A stretch of DNA of 63,800 nt, the filler included, from Octopus bimaculoides (taxonomy: Eukaryota), in NCBI RefSeq assembly GCF_001194135.2. It is 4 parts of 4 records of this genome, joined end to end, with 100 filler letters (N's around TTAATTAATTAA, not from the genome) between each part and the next. Parts side by side here need not be neighbours in the genome. Positions count along the whole stretch, not along the records: positions 60,697 to 63,800 come from NC_069005.1; 3 more parts are not named here. The stretch is one strand, 5' to 3'. The notes under the pieces are model-generated. The model had not been told where the DNA came from, ran no database searches, and saw nothing but the letters and a program-made list of their open reading frames with translations. The translations under genes were made by a program, and so were the position numbers. Positions 63,738 through 63,800 of the stretch are shown here, in pieces (position 1 is the stretch's first letter; each line of letters begins with the position of its first letter).

Positions 63738-63800
63738 TAATAATAAGGTGGCTAGCAAGTTCACACCTTTACAGGCATGAGTGGTTTATAGATATCTGAC

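Overview
This is AT-rich, microsatellite-dense animal genomic DNA with roughly 9 kb (~14%) of N gaps. The SINE/LINE families match those I recall from Octopus (coleoid cephalopod); this assignment is from recognition, not a search. Three 100-bp artificial joins (44 N + TTAATTAATTAA + 44 N at 27288-27387, 54366-54465, 60597-60696) split the window into four originally separate scaffolds. Almost all long ORFs in the supplied track are microsatellite or N artefacts. The only host exon I can confidently identify is a 96-nt coding exon of PPIL2/CYP60 (62851-62946, +). The rest is mobile-element material: four tRNA-derived SINE families; RTE, CR1 and R4/Dong LINE remnants; hAT, Tigger and mariner MITEs with TSDs; a maT (DD37D-type) relic; and a full-length Tc1 whose catalytic spacing is DD36E. 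The most interesting signal is a set of minimal type-I hammerhead ribozyme motifs of the Penelope-like-element (PLE) type in at least three otherwise dissimilar repeat families: a canonical-core motif at 17507-17551, a near-canonical one at 54895-54939 within an inverted/direct-repeat PLE-like structure, and a multi-copy family with a non-canonical CUGUUGA (A6U) core. There are also several diverged foldback elements and a contrast in CpG decay between scaffolds. SINE/LINE boundaries are approximate (about 10-20 bp); TSD-, splice- and ribozyme-defined boundaries were counted exactly.
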